Positions 30,901 to 38,017 of a DNA stretch of 64,000 nucleotides are shown piece after piece. The stretch is from contig CAKKNE010000003.1 in the NCBI GenBank assembly GCA_918797485.1, positions 3,782,001 through 3,846,000 on the forward strand, given 5' to 3'. This DNA is from Pelagomonas calceolata. Its lineage: Eukaryota. The notes under the pieces were generated by a model. The model did not search any database. It was not told where the DNA came from and worked only from the letters and a program-made list of their open reading frames with translations. Both the position numbers and the translations under genes were made by a program. How positions within the stretch are numbered: the stretch's first letter is position 1; every line of letters begins with the position of its first letter.

Positions 30901-31143
30901 AATGCGGTCCAGGAACAATGCGCCCTGGGCCCCACGATCGTCTACGAAGCCGGCACGACGCACCCGTACTACATCTCACCAAATCTATGCACCATCGGGA
31001 CCAAGACCTTTTCGTCGGACAAGACAGTTCGCGACGCGTCTCCGCGCAAGGTCTGCCGCAAGTTCTGCGAGGCTGCATCGGAGAAGGGCAAACTGGCGCT
31101 CAAGCACGTCCAGGGCCTGACGTGCTACTGCAAACGGAGGTAG
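18985..31143 (+). CDS. Giant (~4000 aa) surface protein: 7 DUF285/BspA-like repeat modules, 10 Cys/Trp-rich putative lectin-like domains, P/T linkers, C-terminal TM segment
   Basis: Uninterrupted ORF; 25-aa W.(T/V)..V..M..MF..AS.FNQ.I repeats; domain DENSCP.GFDIWVPR...YEAGCWL...YLCSTN x10; hydrophobic GLAAIGITFTGLTIAAIANA near the end; true start uncertain. Confidence 0.85.
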   Translation: MPSLAVVAGALLLRLGSAAPPRAPARGGIKLSSCPRGSSPAAAHDDSEAAIETFARDYEITTSYENGSTCAAQAGENGLDGAAPKALATSAAARNTWLQLYKNNGADGLYADAFDSEPIKGAATTELDSNKYQAGGVHALHAIEQTVGSDVQYKNYRSDGTILMLAAPTKGGVDVLDVASAELAPTPGTTMQFKGGVDEEEAAQSYLGRTSWCIFQVLASVVPRRSSSAKGAAWRLSVVGYMVIWDVARAAPSSIPTTGAPTYWTPWPTRRPSFAPTSTPAPTLTPAPTRAPTTPAPTRAPTPVPTSTPAPTPAPTSLPTATPAPTTAAPTATPIVADDSTIRTAVLLWFSDRAAAIRTYGHISTWETSGVTDMSCLFGTNTWCGGNTAAASFNEDIGAWGTSGVTRMYGMFWGASSFNQNVGGWSVENVYEMGQMFTSASAFNQDIGGWSVDNVRDMHYMFHYASAFDQDLNWCLGDDVNLDEAFSGTPCVSTSCGIVRGRSEGGICVTLAPTFFDGAFSDESIRTAVRAWMEDRAAAEATYGHISSWETSEVTDMSKLFCVWQDWMGGESWYDDCVSEASFNEDIGAWDTSGVTRMYGMFWYASSFNQNIGGWSVGNVRDMVYMFNYASSFNQNIGGWNVENVRDMHQMFSGASSFNQDIGGWRVEQVLDISYMFHYASAFDQDLGWCVGDGVFDGDLYATFVGTPCASTSCGVRKVAGGCAPSPAPTASAAPTPSNIMSDSRIGTAVRAWAEDRAAAEATYGHISTWETGGVTDMSFLFCVRQDHMEGESWHDYCVFSTSSFNEDIGAWDTSGVTSMSRMFSGASAFDQDISAWNVENVRDMSWMFGSASFFNQNIAGWSVARVITMHKMFQGASAFNQPLNDWRVDNVRDMSWMFTSASSFNQNIGGWNVEQVTNMNWMFTSASAFDQDISAWSVEQVTNMHWMFGHASSFNQDISGWRVENVRDMDHMFHHASAFDQDLGGWRVEQVTDMHYMFHWASSFSQNLNWCLGDDVNLDEAFSGTLCAPTSCGVQQRAAGSCAPSPAPTTTVPTISAAPTMDVCPSIGESDYEGRTLYCFEAGGEIHNVLRVEDEQTTCRHTDENSCPDGFDIWVPRNYEHLQAVYSLARDWWPHEDWRAYEMMNPVGVYREENGCGPCHDSAMNSEAMAGYTGVAWQSVAGDPWFLSTNGIDDWGEYEAGCWLGIQHYWDQGLKLYSSHCNMCQSSYLCSTNLAKAAPSPAPTTAVPTISAAPTMDVCSSVGEFEYEGRTLYCVEAEGELHNVLRVEGGRNTCRHTDENSCPAGFDIWVPRSYAHAFAVVEATGGQDLQHHNFLVGIYRDEDGCGSCQDYAMNSDAMATYGGVGWRGVARGDWFMRSSAYHQPDGDYEAGCWLGTNGWTADEGFEFYDSQCHQCFSTYLCSTNTVKAAPSPAPTLTPAPSISLAPTIDICAASGEFEYEGHTLYCVEAAGEIHSVLPVNFGQTTCRYTDENSCPAGFDIWVPRNYEHLQAVYSLARDWWPHEDWRAYEMMNPVGVYREENGCGPCWEYEMNSEAMAGYTGVAWQSVAGDPWFLRSTSGLDHWDEYEAGCWLGVHGHWDQGLALYTNRCNNCQSSYLCSTNLGKAAPSPAPTTAVPTISAAPTMDVCSSVGEFEYEGRTLYCVEAEGELHNVLRVEGGRNTCRHTDENSCPAGFDIWVPRSYAHAFAVVEATGGQDLQHHNFLVGIYRDEDGCGSCQDYAMNSDAMATYGGVGWRGVARGDWFMRSSAYHQPDGDYEAGCWLGTNGWTADEGFEFYDSQCHQCFSTYLCSTNTVKAAPSPAPTLTPAPSISLAPTIDICAASGEFEYEGRTLYCVEAAGEIHSVLPVFGQTTCRYTDENSCPDGFDIWVPRNYEHLQAVYGIVQSFEMMSPVGVYREENGCGPCHDYAMNSEAMAGYTGVAWQSVAGDPWFLRSTSGIDDWGEYEAGCWLGLQHYWDQGLKVYSSHCNMCQSSYLCSTNVAKAAPSPAPTASAAPTPSNVVSDARIRMAVRAWMEDRAAAEATYGHISTWETGGVTDMSHLFCVRQDWMEGESWDDCVSEASFNEDIGAWDTSGVTDMNHMFEGASSFNQAIGVWTVGEVRQMQGMFKSAHMFDQDLSAWTVDSVTDMAWMFAWASSFNQNIGGWSVAQVTNMNNMFSGASAFNQDIGGWRVYSVRDMHYMFHHASAFDQDLSAWETSGVTNMHQMFSWASSFDQDISAWNVENVRDMHYMFHYASAFDQDLGWCVDNDVNLDEAFSGTPCVSTSCGVVQGRSEGGICVTLAPTFFDGAFGDESIRTAVRAWMEDRAAAEAMYGHISTWETSGVTDMSYLLCANQWDINCNSVAASFNEDIGAWDTSGVTRMYGMFGDASSFNQNIGGWSVANVHGMGRMFEGASAFDQDIGGWRVENVRDMHQMFNSASAFSQNLNWCVGDDVNLDEAFSGTLCAPTSCGVQQRAAGSCAPSPAPTTTVPTISAAPTMDVCPSIGESDYEGRTLYCFEAGGEIHNILRVEDEQTTCRHTDENSCPDGFDIWVPRNYEHLQAVYSLARDWWPHEDWRAYEMMNPVGVYREENGCGPCHDSAMNSEAMAGYTGVAWQSVAGDPWFLRSTGGIDDWGEYEAGCWLGIQHYWDQGLKVYSSHCNMCQSSYLCSTNLAKAAPSPAPTTAVPTISAAPTMDVCSSVGEFDYEGRTLHCVEAEGEIHNVLRVEGGRNTCRHTDENSCPAGFDIWVPRSYAHAFAVVEATGWQDLQHHNFLVGIYRDEDGCGSCQDYAMNSDAMATYGGVGWRGVARGDWFMRSSAYHRPDGDYEAGCWLGTHGWTADEGFEFEDSQCHRCFSTYLCSTNTAKAAPSPAPTITPRPTVTAAPTVEICSTTGEFEHEGHTLYCVEAAGEIHSVLPVNFGQTTCRYTDENSCPDGFDIWVPRSYEHLRAVYDLAREEWRAFETMRPVGIYRDGDGCGSCGDYAMNSDAMADYDGVGWRSVAGDPWFLRSTNGLENHGEYEAGCWLGFHGHWDQGLALYTSHCNNCQSSYLCSTNLAKAAPSPAPTTAVPTISVAPTMDVCSSVGEFDYEGRTLHCVEAEGEIHNVLRVEGGRDTCRHTDENSCPAGFDIWVPRSYAHAFAVLEATGWQDLHHEHFLVGIYRDEDGCGSCQDYAMNSDAMATYSGVGWQSVAGDPWFMRSSTYSEPNGDYEAGCWLRTNGWTAGEGFEFNDATCNYCFSTYLCSTNTAKAAPSPAPTLTLGPTATAVPTVEMCSSSGEFAYEGHTLYCVEAAGEIHSVLPVNFGRTTCRYTDENSCPDGFDIWVPRNYEHLQAVYGIVQSFEMMSPVGVYREENGCGPCHDYAMNSKAMAGYTGVAWQSVAGDPWFLRSTSGIDDWGEYEAGCWIGVHGHWDQGLALYTSHCNMCQSSYLCSTNVAKAAPSPAPTASAAPTPSNIMSDARIRTAVRAWAEDRAAAEATYGHISTWDTSGVTDMSYLFCVRQDWMEGQSWYDDCVSEASFNEDIGAWDTSGVTRMYGMFWGASSFNQNIGGWSVENVDEMGHMFTSASAFDQDISGWAVQSVTTMYRMFAGASSFNQNIGGWSVAQVTNMNNMFSGASAFNQDIGGWSVENVRDMHYMFHYASAFDQDLGWCVDNDVNLDEAFSGTPCVSTSCGIVRGRSEGGICVTLAPTFFDGAFGDESIRTAVRAWMEDRAAPEATYGHISTWETSGVTDMSHLFCVRQDWMEGEPWYDDCVLSTSSFNEDIGAWDTSGVTRMYGMFWGASSFNQNIGGWSVENVDEMGHMFTSASAFDQDISGWAVQSVTTMYRMFAGASSFNQNIGGWNVEQVTNMHWMFGHASSFNQNIGGWSVEKVTDMHYMFHHASAFDQDLGWCVDNDVYLDEAFSGSGCCSMSCGVAQKDETGDCQIIDSWGCYYYYDDDDDDDDGATELVMSTGLAAIGITFTGLTIAAIANAVQEQCALGPTIVYEAGTTHPYYISPNLCTIGTKTFSSDKTVRDASPRKVCRKFCEAASEKGKLALKHVQGLTCYCKRR
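22168..24984 (+). repeat. Block 1 of five tandem Cys/Trp domains (A-B-A-B-A), AB period 1164 bp
   Basis: Domain starts at ~22168, 22752, 23329, 23916, 24493; the B copies at 22752 and 23916 are near-identical in DNA. Confidence 0.9.
26482..29289 (+). repeat. Block 2 of five tandem Cys/Trp domains; block offset 4314 bp from block 1
   Basis: MDVCPSIGESDYEGR at 22168 and 26482; further copies at ~27070, 27646, 28219, 28795. Confidence 0.9.
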
Positions 31144-31250
31144 AGCCTCGCCCCCCCCTCCCCAATAGACTGCCGACGCCTGGGAGATGTAAGGCATGGT
31201 ATAATTATGCTATGTGGCTAGTCACAAGAATTTAGTTCACAACGGGTCGC

Positions 31251-33424
31251 TCACGCGCCGGGCAGGCGGACGCGCTTCATCGGCCCCCCGGGCACCGTGG
31301 GGTTCGGCGCGCACCACGCCCGCCGCAGCGCCGGGCACGCGTCGGCGACGGGCGGCCAGCTCCCACCGTTCTTAACCGATCGGACCTCCTCCACCGTCCG
31401 CGGACAGAGCGACAGGTTCTCGACGCCGTCGGCCCGAACTAAGACGTCGTCCTCGAGTCGCACGCCCCCAAAACCCCGGAACTCTCGCAGTCGGTCGGCG
31501 TTCAGGAACTTTGCGAGAGAAGGGTCCTTGAGCGCGTCGTCCAACAACCGGTCGATGAAGTAGCAGCCCGGCTCCACAGTGAGCATCATACCCTCCTCGA
31601 CGATCCGCGCCGTTCTCAATTTATTGAGGCCCGGTCTCTGCGGTCGGTCCGGGTTGCCGTCCAGGTAGCCGCCGACCTGCGCGGACGTCGAACTTCGGGC
31701 GCCCCGCGGCGTCGACGCGACGCCGTGACCGTACGAACCTAACTCACCGCGTGATTTCCACACCGGCACACACGTCGTGCGTGTCCAGCCCGATCAGGTG
31801 CCCGAGGCCGTGCGGCATGAAGGTCGAGCCCAGGTCGGCCGCCAGCATCTCCTCAATATCGCCCGCGAGGACGCCTCCCCTGGTTAAGTGTTCCAGGATC
31901 GTCCGCTCGGCGAGGCGGTGCATGTCCGGCCACGCGACCTGTGTGGAAATCAACCAGTGTGTTGCGTGCACTTCTCGGCGATGACGCGGCCGTGCTGGCT
32001 CCGTCGAGCGGTAAGGAACCGGCATCGCCACGCCATCGAGCAGGCGTCGCGTCGAGAACGCGCCGTAAAATTTTGATTTCCACACAGCACGCGACGCCCG
32101 GCTTCAAGGCACCAATGACCGCCACCTGCGCCGCCAGCACGGCCTCGTGGACCAAAATTTGATCCGACGTGAAGTCCGAGGAGATGGGGAAGCTGCACGT
32201 GATGTCGCTGGCATAACAATGGTACTCCGCGCCCATGTCCAATAGCGCCTGGTCGCCCTCTTTAAGTAACCGCGCGTTCGGCGCGCCTGCGTGGTCATCG
32301 ACTCTACGCGCCGTCGCGCGGACGGTTCCCACGCGGAGCCCGCGCCCGCGTGGCCGTAGTGCAGCACGGCCGGGTTCGGGCCACAAGCACAGATGCACGT
32401 GTACGCCATGTGGCGACACCCCCCGTGCGTGTACGTGTGGTGCATGAACAGCGACTCGAGCTGGTACTCCATCTGGCCCGGCCTCGCGTACCGCATCACC
32501 TCCGAGTGCGCCATGGAAGAGACCTGTGTGCTGGATCGTCGCGTCGACCTCCACGCCATCGACGCGACGCCTGCTCGATAGCGTGGCGGTGCCGGTTCCT
32601 CACTGCTCGACGGAGCCAGCGCAGCCGCGCCATCGCCGAGAAAATGAGCACCCGACGCACTGGTTGATTTCCACGCCGGACGACACCCAGTTGACGTACC
32701 GCATGACCTCGACCTCGGCCGCCGTTTTTCTGGTCCTCAAGTCGGCGATGGCGTCGAATAATGTGGTAAGGTCCCGTCGCTCGCGAAAAACGTCGTCGCC
32801 GTCGAAGGAAGCCGGCGCCGCGTAGTTGCCGCTGTCGCTGTTCCGCCCGTGCAACAAGTACACCTTAGCTGTGTCGTCCGTCGCGATCGCGTCCGCGAGC
32901 CAGTTCTGGAGGCTGCCCGTGAAGTAGCACGCATCGACCGCGTACTTTTCGACAAACGCTGCGCACGACGGCGCCCTACCACAAAAGACCTCGTAGGCCT
33001 CGCTGCGTAGATCGGGCACAAATAGAGTCGCGGAGCCGTCCTGCAAGTTTACTGCACCGTAGCAACCCGGCTCGGAGACCCCGAACAGCCACTGGAAGTA
33101 CGACTCCTGGCGGAAGACGGGTTCATGGTCCGTGTCGTACCTCAATTGCTGGTCGCCGCCCTGCACTAACACAACGCCTCGATGCGCCTTCATGCGGTCG
33201 CAGAGCCTCGCCCTATTCAGCGCATGCAGCGCCATCGGCACGCGGTAGGTATCTAACCCTTGGTCGTACTTCGCGCCGATCTGGCCCGTTTCGAGGCACG
33301 TGCGGCACTCGGCCTCGCTGATGGAGCGCCGGTCCGCGAGCGAGGGCATGCGACCCCTCGCCGCGAGGGCTTCCGTTTGCGCGTGCAGCAGGGCTAACAG
33401 GAGCCAGCTGCGGAGGCTTGGCAT
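31251..33424 (-). CDS. PEPD: Xaa-Pro dipeptidase (prolidase, M24B); exons 33424-32687, 32523-32346, 32286-32096, 31938-31774, 31676-31251
   Basis: [86 protein letters not shown]; the four predicted introns keep frame exactly. Confidence 0.95.
31677..31773 (-). mobile_element. Degenerate introner-derived intron (one TIR retained)
   Basis: Minus strand: THD|gtgtgtgc-cggtgtggaaatca...cgcag|VGG. Confidence 0.6.
31939..32087. mobile_element. Intact introner element, 149 bp, perfect TIRs and 8-bp TSD
   Basis: cacgcgac + ctgtgtggaaatcaa ... ttgatttccacacag + cacgcgac; intron on minus strand = 31939-32095. Confidence 0.92.
32524..32678. mobile_element. Introner element, same family, partly diverged
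   Basis: Minus strand starts cggcgtggaaatcaaccagtgcgtcgggtg and ends cacacag; TSD gtgtcgtc/gtctcttc (6/8); internal sequence aligns with 31939-32087 in the opposite orientation; intron 32524-32686. Confidence 0.85.
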
Positions 33425-33647
33425 GCTTGCTCTGTGCGCAGGTAGAAAGAAGACGAAGCGCTCGAGAAAACCAGGGTGAGTGAGTAGTGTGGTGTTTTGC
33501 GAGCACGTTATGTGCAGAATAGCTTGAATAGCTTCACCAGCGTGTGTTTTGCGTTTTGCTCTGCCGCTAGTAGGCCGCGCATGGTCAAACCAGCTCGCAG
33601 TTCGGTGCGACTTGCATCTCGACGCGCTGACGCAGCCAATCCCACCA

Positions 33648-34490
33648 ATGCGCACCCTCCTCCTCGTGTGCTCGACGGCTGCCGCCTTGCGGAGCCCGGC
33701 GCACCGCGTACGGCTCCCCAGCTTGCAGAGGGCCGCCGCGCCGGCCGCACCGCCCGCACCGGTGGCCGCCGCGGGCAACAAGGTCCAGAAGCGCCTCATC
33801 GCTCTCCTATCCTTCAACGCGGGCGTGGCGGACGTCGTGCTCTTCAAGAAGCACGGCTGCTTCGCGACGATGATGACCGGCAACCTCATCAAGGGCACGT
33901 GCGCCTTAGTGGATGCGAAGTGGGCGGACGCGCGATTCTTTGGATGTATGATCCTGAGTTATCTCGCCGGTTGCAGCGGCCAGCGCATTTTGGACCAACG
34001 CGCGACGCCGCGCACGAAGTCGCGAGTCATCGCGCTGGCGACGTTCCTGCTGTTCCGGTGCTCGGACGTGTTCGGCGGCGCGTCGGCGAGGCGGGGCGCG
34101 TTGTGGCTCGCGGCCGGCTTCGGCCTCGTGAACGCGGTCTCCGTCGACGTATTATTAACGATCACGTGGATGCTCACGATCCACATGCAAAAACTTACAA
34201 ATTACGCGACGGACGCGATTGGGTTATCTGGCGCGAAGGCCAAGGCGTCGGCGAAGTTTGGGCCCGTCCTGCGGCGGTCCTGCGTCGTGCTCGCTCTCTT
34301 CGCCGCGGGCATCGGCGCGGGCCACTACTTCTGCGAGGCCTGCTTGGACATGGCGGGCTTCTCCACGTTGTTCGGCGCGTGGTACGCGCTCATCGTCCTC
34401 AGCCACGACCAGGGCCGCGTCGGCCTCGACTCGCTCGGCAAGGCGCTGCTGCTGAACAAGAACGCGAACCCGGGGCTGCTGGACGAGTGA
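33648..34490 (+). CDS. DUF1275 (YoaK-like) membrane protein with N-terminal targeting peptide
   Basis: LLSFNAGVADVVLF....FATMMTGNL is the DUF1275 signature; multiple TM helices; signal-like MRTLLLVCSTAAA. Confidence 0.75.
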   Translation: MRTLLLVCSTAAALRSPAHRVRLPSLQRAAAPAAPPAPVAAAGNKVQKRLIALLSFNAGVADVVLFKKHGCFATMMTGNLIKGTCALVDAKWADARFFGCMILSYLAGCSGQRILDQRATPRTKSRVIALATFLLFRCSDVFGGASARRGALWLAAGFGLVNAVSVDVLLTITWMLTIHMQKLTNYATDAIGLSGAKAKASAKFGPVLRRSCVVLALFAAGIGAGHYFCEACLDMAGFSTLFGAWYALIVLSHDQGRVGLDSLGKALLLNKNANPGLLDE

Positions 34491-34695
34491 GTAAGTACCA
34501 AGTCTAGGACGGTCGCGTCGTGAACTGCACGGCATGCCAGTAGCAAGGGTCCTTTAAATGGGCGCACGACCCTTCGTCGCCGCTGCGTCGCACAAAGCCG
34601 CGGCGCGGTGGTATTCGCGCGGTCACTGGCATAGCGACCAGCCCGCAGCGAAAGCGTCGACGCGGCGCCGCGCATGGCTAGGAAAACACCCACTC

Positions 34696-35694
34696 TTAGT
34701 AGTAGCCCGCGATGGCGGTACCTTGCCGCCGGAGCGCGTCGCGCCTTCGCTCGGCCGACGCGGCGGACTTTTGGGACCACGACGGCGTCCGTCGCATGAT
34801 TGGCGACGCGGGCCGTTTTTTACGAAGGGCGTCCATGAGCCGCTGGTACGCGATCGACCGGAGCGCGAGGTGGTGCCGTTTCAGGCCACTCTTCAAGCGC
34901 CACAACCCCCGGTCGACCTCCGCCGCCCGCAACGCGACGGCGCAGTCCGCGGCGAACTTGCGATGTGTTAATTGCTGGTTGGAGAGTTCTTGCGCGTAGT
35001 GCGTCGCCCGTTGCCGCTCCTCGCGCTGCGTTTCTCGAGCTTTCGTTAATTGGAGCGAGGCCGAATCCAGCCGCTCCTCGACCGTCTCACTAAGGACGCG
35101 GTCGCGACTTCGCGACCGTCGTAACACAGCAATGCCGCGGCGGCTCGCGCGCCGCTCGGCGCGCAACCCGGCGAGCTCCGCGTCGAGCGTGGCAGTCCTC
35201 TTCGTCAACCCGTGGTACGTCGCCTGCGTCGCGTCGCGCGCGGCGCGCGCCGCTTGTGCCGCATCTTGGGCCACCTTCGCGTCGTCGAGGGCTTTGTCGC
35301 GCTCGGAGTTTGCGGTTTTCGCGCTCTCGTCGGACAAGGCCGCCCTCCTTTCAGCGTCGGCCCGCGCGCTCTCCGCTTCCAGCCTTAATTCGCGCTCGCG
35401 CATGGCCGCAGACCGCAGCTCCGCGGCCCGCGCCGCCGCCTCCCTCAATAGGTCGGGCAGCGCCGCATCGGGCGAGGGCTGCTCGCCGCCACTCAAAGCA
35501 GCGACGAGGCGCCGCGCGACGGACGTGGCCGCCTCCAGGTCGCGCCGCAGGGCGCCGCCCGGCGAGAGCGCCGCGTCGGGCAGCGCGGCGCGCCGCGCGG
35601 GCCGGGGGGTGGGTGTTGGGAGCAGCCGCCGTCTCGGCGTCGCACTCGTCGCCGCCGTCGGCGGCGTGGCGTGGCGCCGGGCGGAGGCGGCCAT
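34696..35694 (-). CDS. Hypothetical coiled-coil protein
   Basis: 332-aa ORF with a Pro-rich N-terminus and long Ala/Glu/Arg heptads. Confidence 0.6.
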   Translation of the reverse strand: MAASARRHATPPTAATSATPRRRLLPTPTPRPARRAALPDAALSPGGALRRDLEAATSVARRLVAALSGGEQPSPDAALPDLLREAAARAAELRSAAMRERELRLEAESARADAERRAALSDESAKTANSERDKALDDAKVAQDAAQAARAARDATQATYHGLTKRTATLDAELAGLRAERRASRRGIAVLRRSRSRDRVLSETVEERLDSASLQLTKARETQREERQRATHYAQELSNQQLTHRKFAADCAVALRAAEVDRGLWRLKSGLKRHHLALRSIAYQRLMDALRKKRPASPIMRRTPSWSQKSAASAERRRDALRRQGTAIAGYY

Positions 35695-35962
35695 CAGTAG
35701 ACCACGAATGCGGACGGCTGCGGGCCTACGACGCCCGTGAGGCGCAAACGCGCACCGCCAAGGCTGCCCATCGTTCTACTGCTAGTGCCCCTACCGCTTA
35801 GCTCCCCGACACGAATAACGGCTCCCAGCCGTACCACCCACCGGTCCGTGGAGGCGCCCCCGCCCCAAGCGTCCCGAACCGCGCCGCGGCGCTCCTGTGC
35901 GCTCTGACGTCGCGCGTTGGTCCTTGGAATCAAGAGCTCGCAACCACGCGCCGCGCGACGCC

Positions 35963-36907
35963 ATGGCCGCCGCCGCGACGCTGCCGCCGCGCGTCTCCAC
36001 TCTAGGCCATGGCCCACGGGTCCTGGGGGCAGCCGCGCCCGCCGCGGAGGCCCTCGGGCTCGGGGCAGCCATGCGAGACCGGCCGCTGGGCCCGCTGAGC
36101 CCGAACCCCGACGACTGGGGCCAGTACGTCGACGACGACGATCTACAAACATCGGAGGACGATGGGTATGCGTCTACTGTTTCTCTCGTCCGCGGCTCGC
36201 AGGACAATTTGAGCCGCGACGTCTCGTCGCAGTCGCTCGACTCGCTCTGCGAGCTCGCGGCGGCGAAGCAATCGCGCTCGCCGAGCGACGCGAGCGACGC
36301 GCCGGCGCGGGAGCACTGCCTCTCGACCTTACATCAGCTCGTCGCCGAGGACCTTTCGGACGAGGACACCGTTTTAGTGGTGGCGCGGGGCCCCGGGTCC
36401 GCGCGCTTCGAGCAGGAGCGCTGGTCGAGTGAAGCTCATAACGGCTGCGCCGTGCCCCGCTCCGCTTCTTACTCACCGGCAACAGCTCCAAGCGTGTGGT
36501 CGCGCGAGTTCGAGCACGGCGTCGTCGTCGGCTGCAGCCTCGGCGGCATCCGCGTGCGGCGGGAACGCCTCTGGCATTACGCGTCTTATAGACTGTTGGT
36601 CTCGACGGAGGCGACGTGCACGGAGCGCTGGCTGCGCCACTCCGATTTGCGGGCGTTGCATAGTGCGCTGCCCGCTACCGCCGCCTTCGACCGCGTGCGG
36701 TCGCTGTGGAACGAGGCTGAATGTAGCAGAAAACGGTGGCGGTCCCTAGATTTGAGCTACCTCGTCCAGCGGCGGCGCTTCTACGAGGCGTATATTGCCG
36801 AACTGGTTTTCGCCGTGTCGTCGCCGGACGAGTTGGCTTTTTACTTGGGTAGTGGGCGGTCGGCGGCGGCGCGCGTGGCGCCGAGAGCCGCGCGCGAGGC
36901 GAGGTAA
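35963..36907 (+). CDS. Hypothetical protein with possible PX-like C-terminal domain
   Basis: ORF from ATG 35963; ASYRLLV....ERWLRHSDLRALH...LVQRRRFYEAYI resembles the PX pattern. Confidence 0.55.
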   Translation: MAAAATLPPRVSTLGHGPRVLGAAAPAAEALGLGAAMRDRPLGPLSPNPDDWGQYVDDDDLQTSEDDGYASTVSLVRGSQDNLSRDVSSQSLDSLCELAAAKQSRSPSDASDAPAREHCLSTLHQLVAEDLSDEDTVLVVARGPGSARFEQERWSSEAHNGCAVPRSASYSPATAPSVWSREFEHGVVVGCSLGGIRVRRERLWHYASYRLLVSTEATCTERWLRHSDLRALHSALPATAAFDRVRSLWNEAECSRKRWRSLDLSYLVQRRRFYEAYIAELVFAVSSPDELAFYLGSGRSAAARVAPRAAREAR

Positions 36908-36982
36908 CAACATGTTTTAACTATCTACATTGCGGACGCCCCGGGGTTCGCCGCGACGACAGCACGCCATCGCCGCGACACG

Positions 36983-38017
36983 TCACGCGATCTTCTCCTT
37001 CGCAGAGTCCTCGAAGTCCGCAAAGAACGCGACCCAAACAAGTAGAGGCACCAGGACAAAAACCACGACGAGCGACGTGTACAACACGTCCGTCGCGCCC
37101 TTCTCCGCCGCCTGGCACAACGCTTCATCAAAAAAGAAGGCGAGGACGAAGCGGTCGCCACTCGTCACGTCTTCGCCCCCGTGCTTCAGGCGCGCCCCGT
37201 GGACCACGGCGCCACCCATCTCCGGCGAGAAGACGACGTCCCTCAGTGACGAGAAGCGCGTGCCGCCGCCGTCAAAGTCGTAGGCGTCATTTTCACGTGT
37301 CGTCAACGTGGACGCGCAGACCCCACAATCACACTTCGTCCGTAGATGCGGCTCGACCTCGTCGCAGCTCTGGCCCAGACAACTCAAAGGGCAGAACTCG
37401 TCGTATGTTAACAGAGGATATTCTGGAGAGAAGTGTTCTCTTGAGAAGGTTCGCTCGGGAAACGCCGCGTTGCACGTCTCGTTCGCGAAGCCGCGCTTTC
37501 TCAGTTCACAAGTCTGCGGTTCTAAGGAAGCGTAGTCCGGCACGTTGACGCCGCTCAAACGCGGGCGACGCAGCGCGACCGTCGCCGAATACCTCCCGCC
37601 GTCGCCGTGCTGCTCGAGGCCGGCCTGTCTTGACGTGGAATATTTGATGACGAAGCCATCATGTAGAACTGGGTCGGTGGCGCCGCAGCGATGTATGAGG
37701 TCGTCGATGGTGGCGTTTCTGGCTTTGTGGACCGCTCTCTTCGCGGCCGCGGCCTGCGCACCGCCGTCGGCGTAGACTGTTGATACGGGAAGATCGACCG
37801 TCGCGTAGTACGTGTGGCGGCTCGACGTGTAGTTGCGTTTCGCTGCGGCGGCCTCGGTCGCCTCGATTATTGCTGCCGTTTCGGCCGCGGTCAAAATGGC
37901 TGGCAGCAGCCGCGGCAAACATAGCGCTCGCTCGTCGAACTGGTGGTGCGGGCAGCGGGAGTGCGCTTTCAGGGCGACGGTGATCAGTGACCACCAGTGC
38001 GTGAGCAGGGCGAGCAT
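36983..38017 (-). CDS. 2OG-Fe(II) oxygenase (prolyl/lysyl-hydroxylase-like) with Cys-rich insertion and C-terminal TM
   Basis: FVIKY....LEQHGD (HxD); FDGGGTRF; KHGG..VTSGDRFVL (distal His, Arg); signal-like N-terminus. Confidence 0.8.
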   Translation of the reverse strand: MLALLTHWWSLITVALKAHSRCPHHQFDERALCLPRLLPAILTAAETAAIIEATEAAAAKRNYTSSRHTYYATVDLPVSTVYADGGAQAAAAKRAVHKARNATIDDLIHRCGATDPVLHDGFVIKYSTSRQAGLEQHGDGGRYSATVALRRPRLSGVNVPDYASLEPQTCELRKRGFANETCNAAFPERTFSREHFSPEYPLLTYDEFCPLSCLGQSCDEVEPHLRTKCDCGVCASTLTTRENDAYDFDGGGTRFSSLRDVVFSPEMGGAVVHGARLKHGGEDVTSGDRFVLAFFFDEALCQAAEKGATDVLYTSLVVVFVLVPLLVWVAFFADFEDSAKEKIA

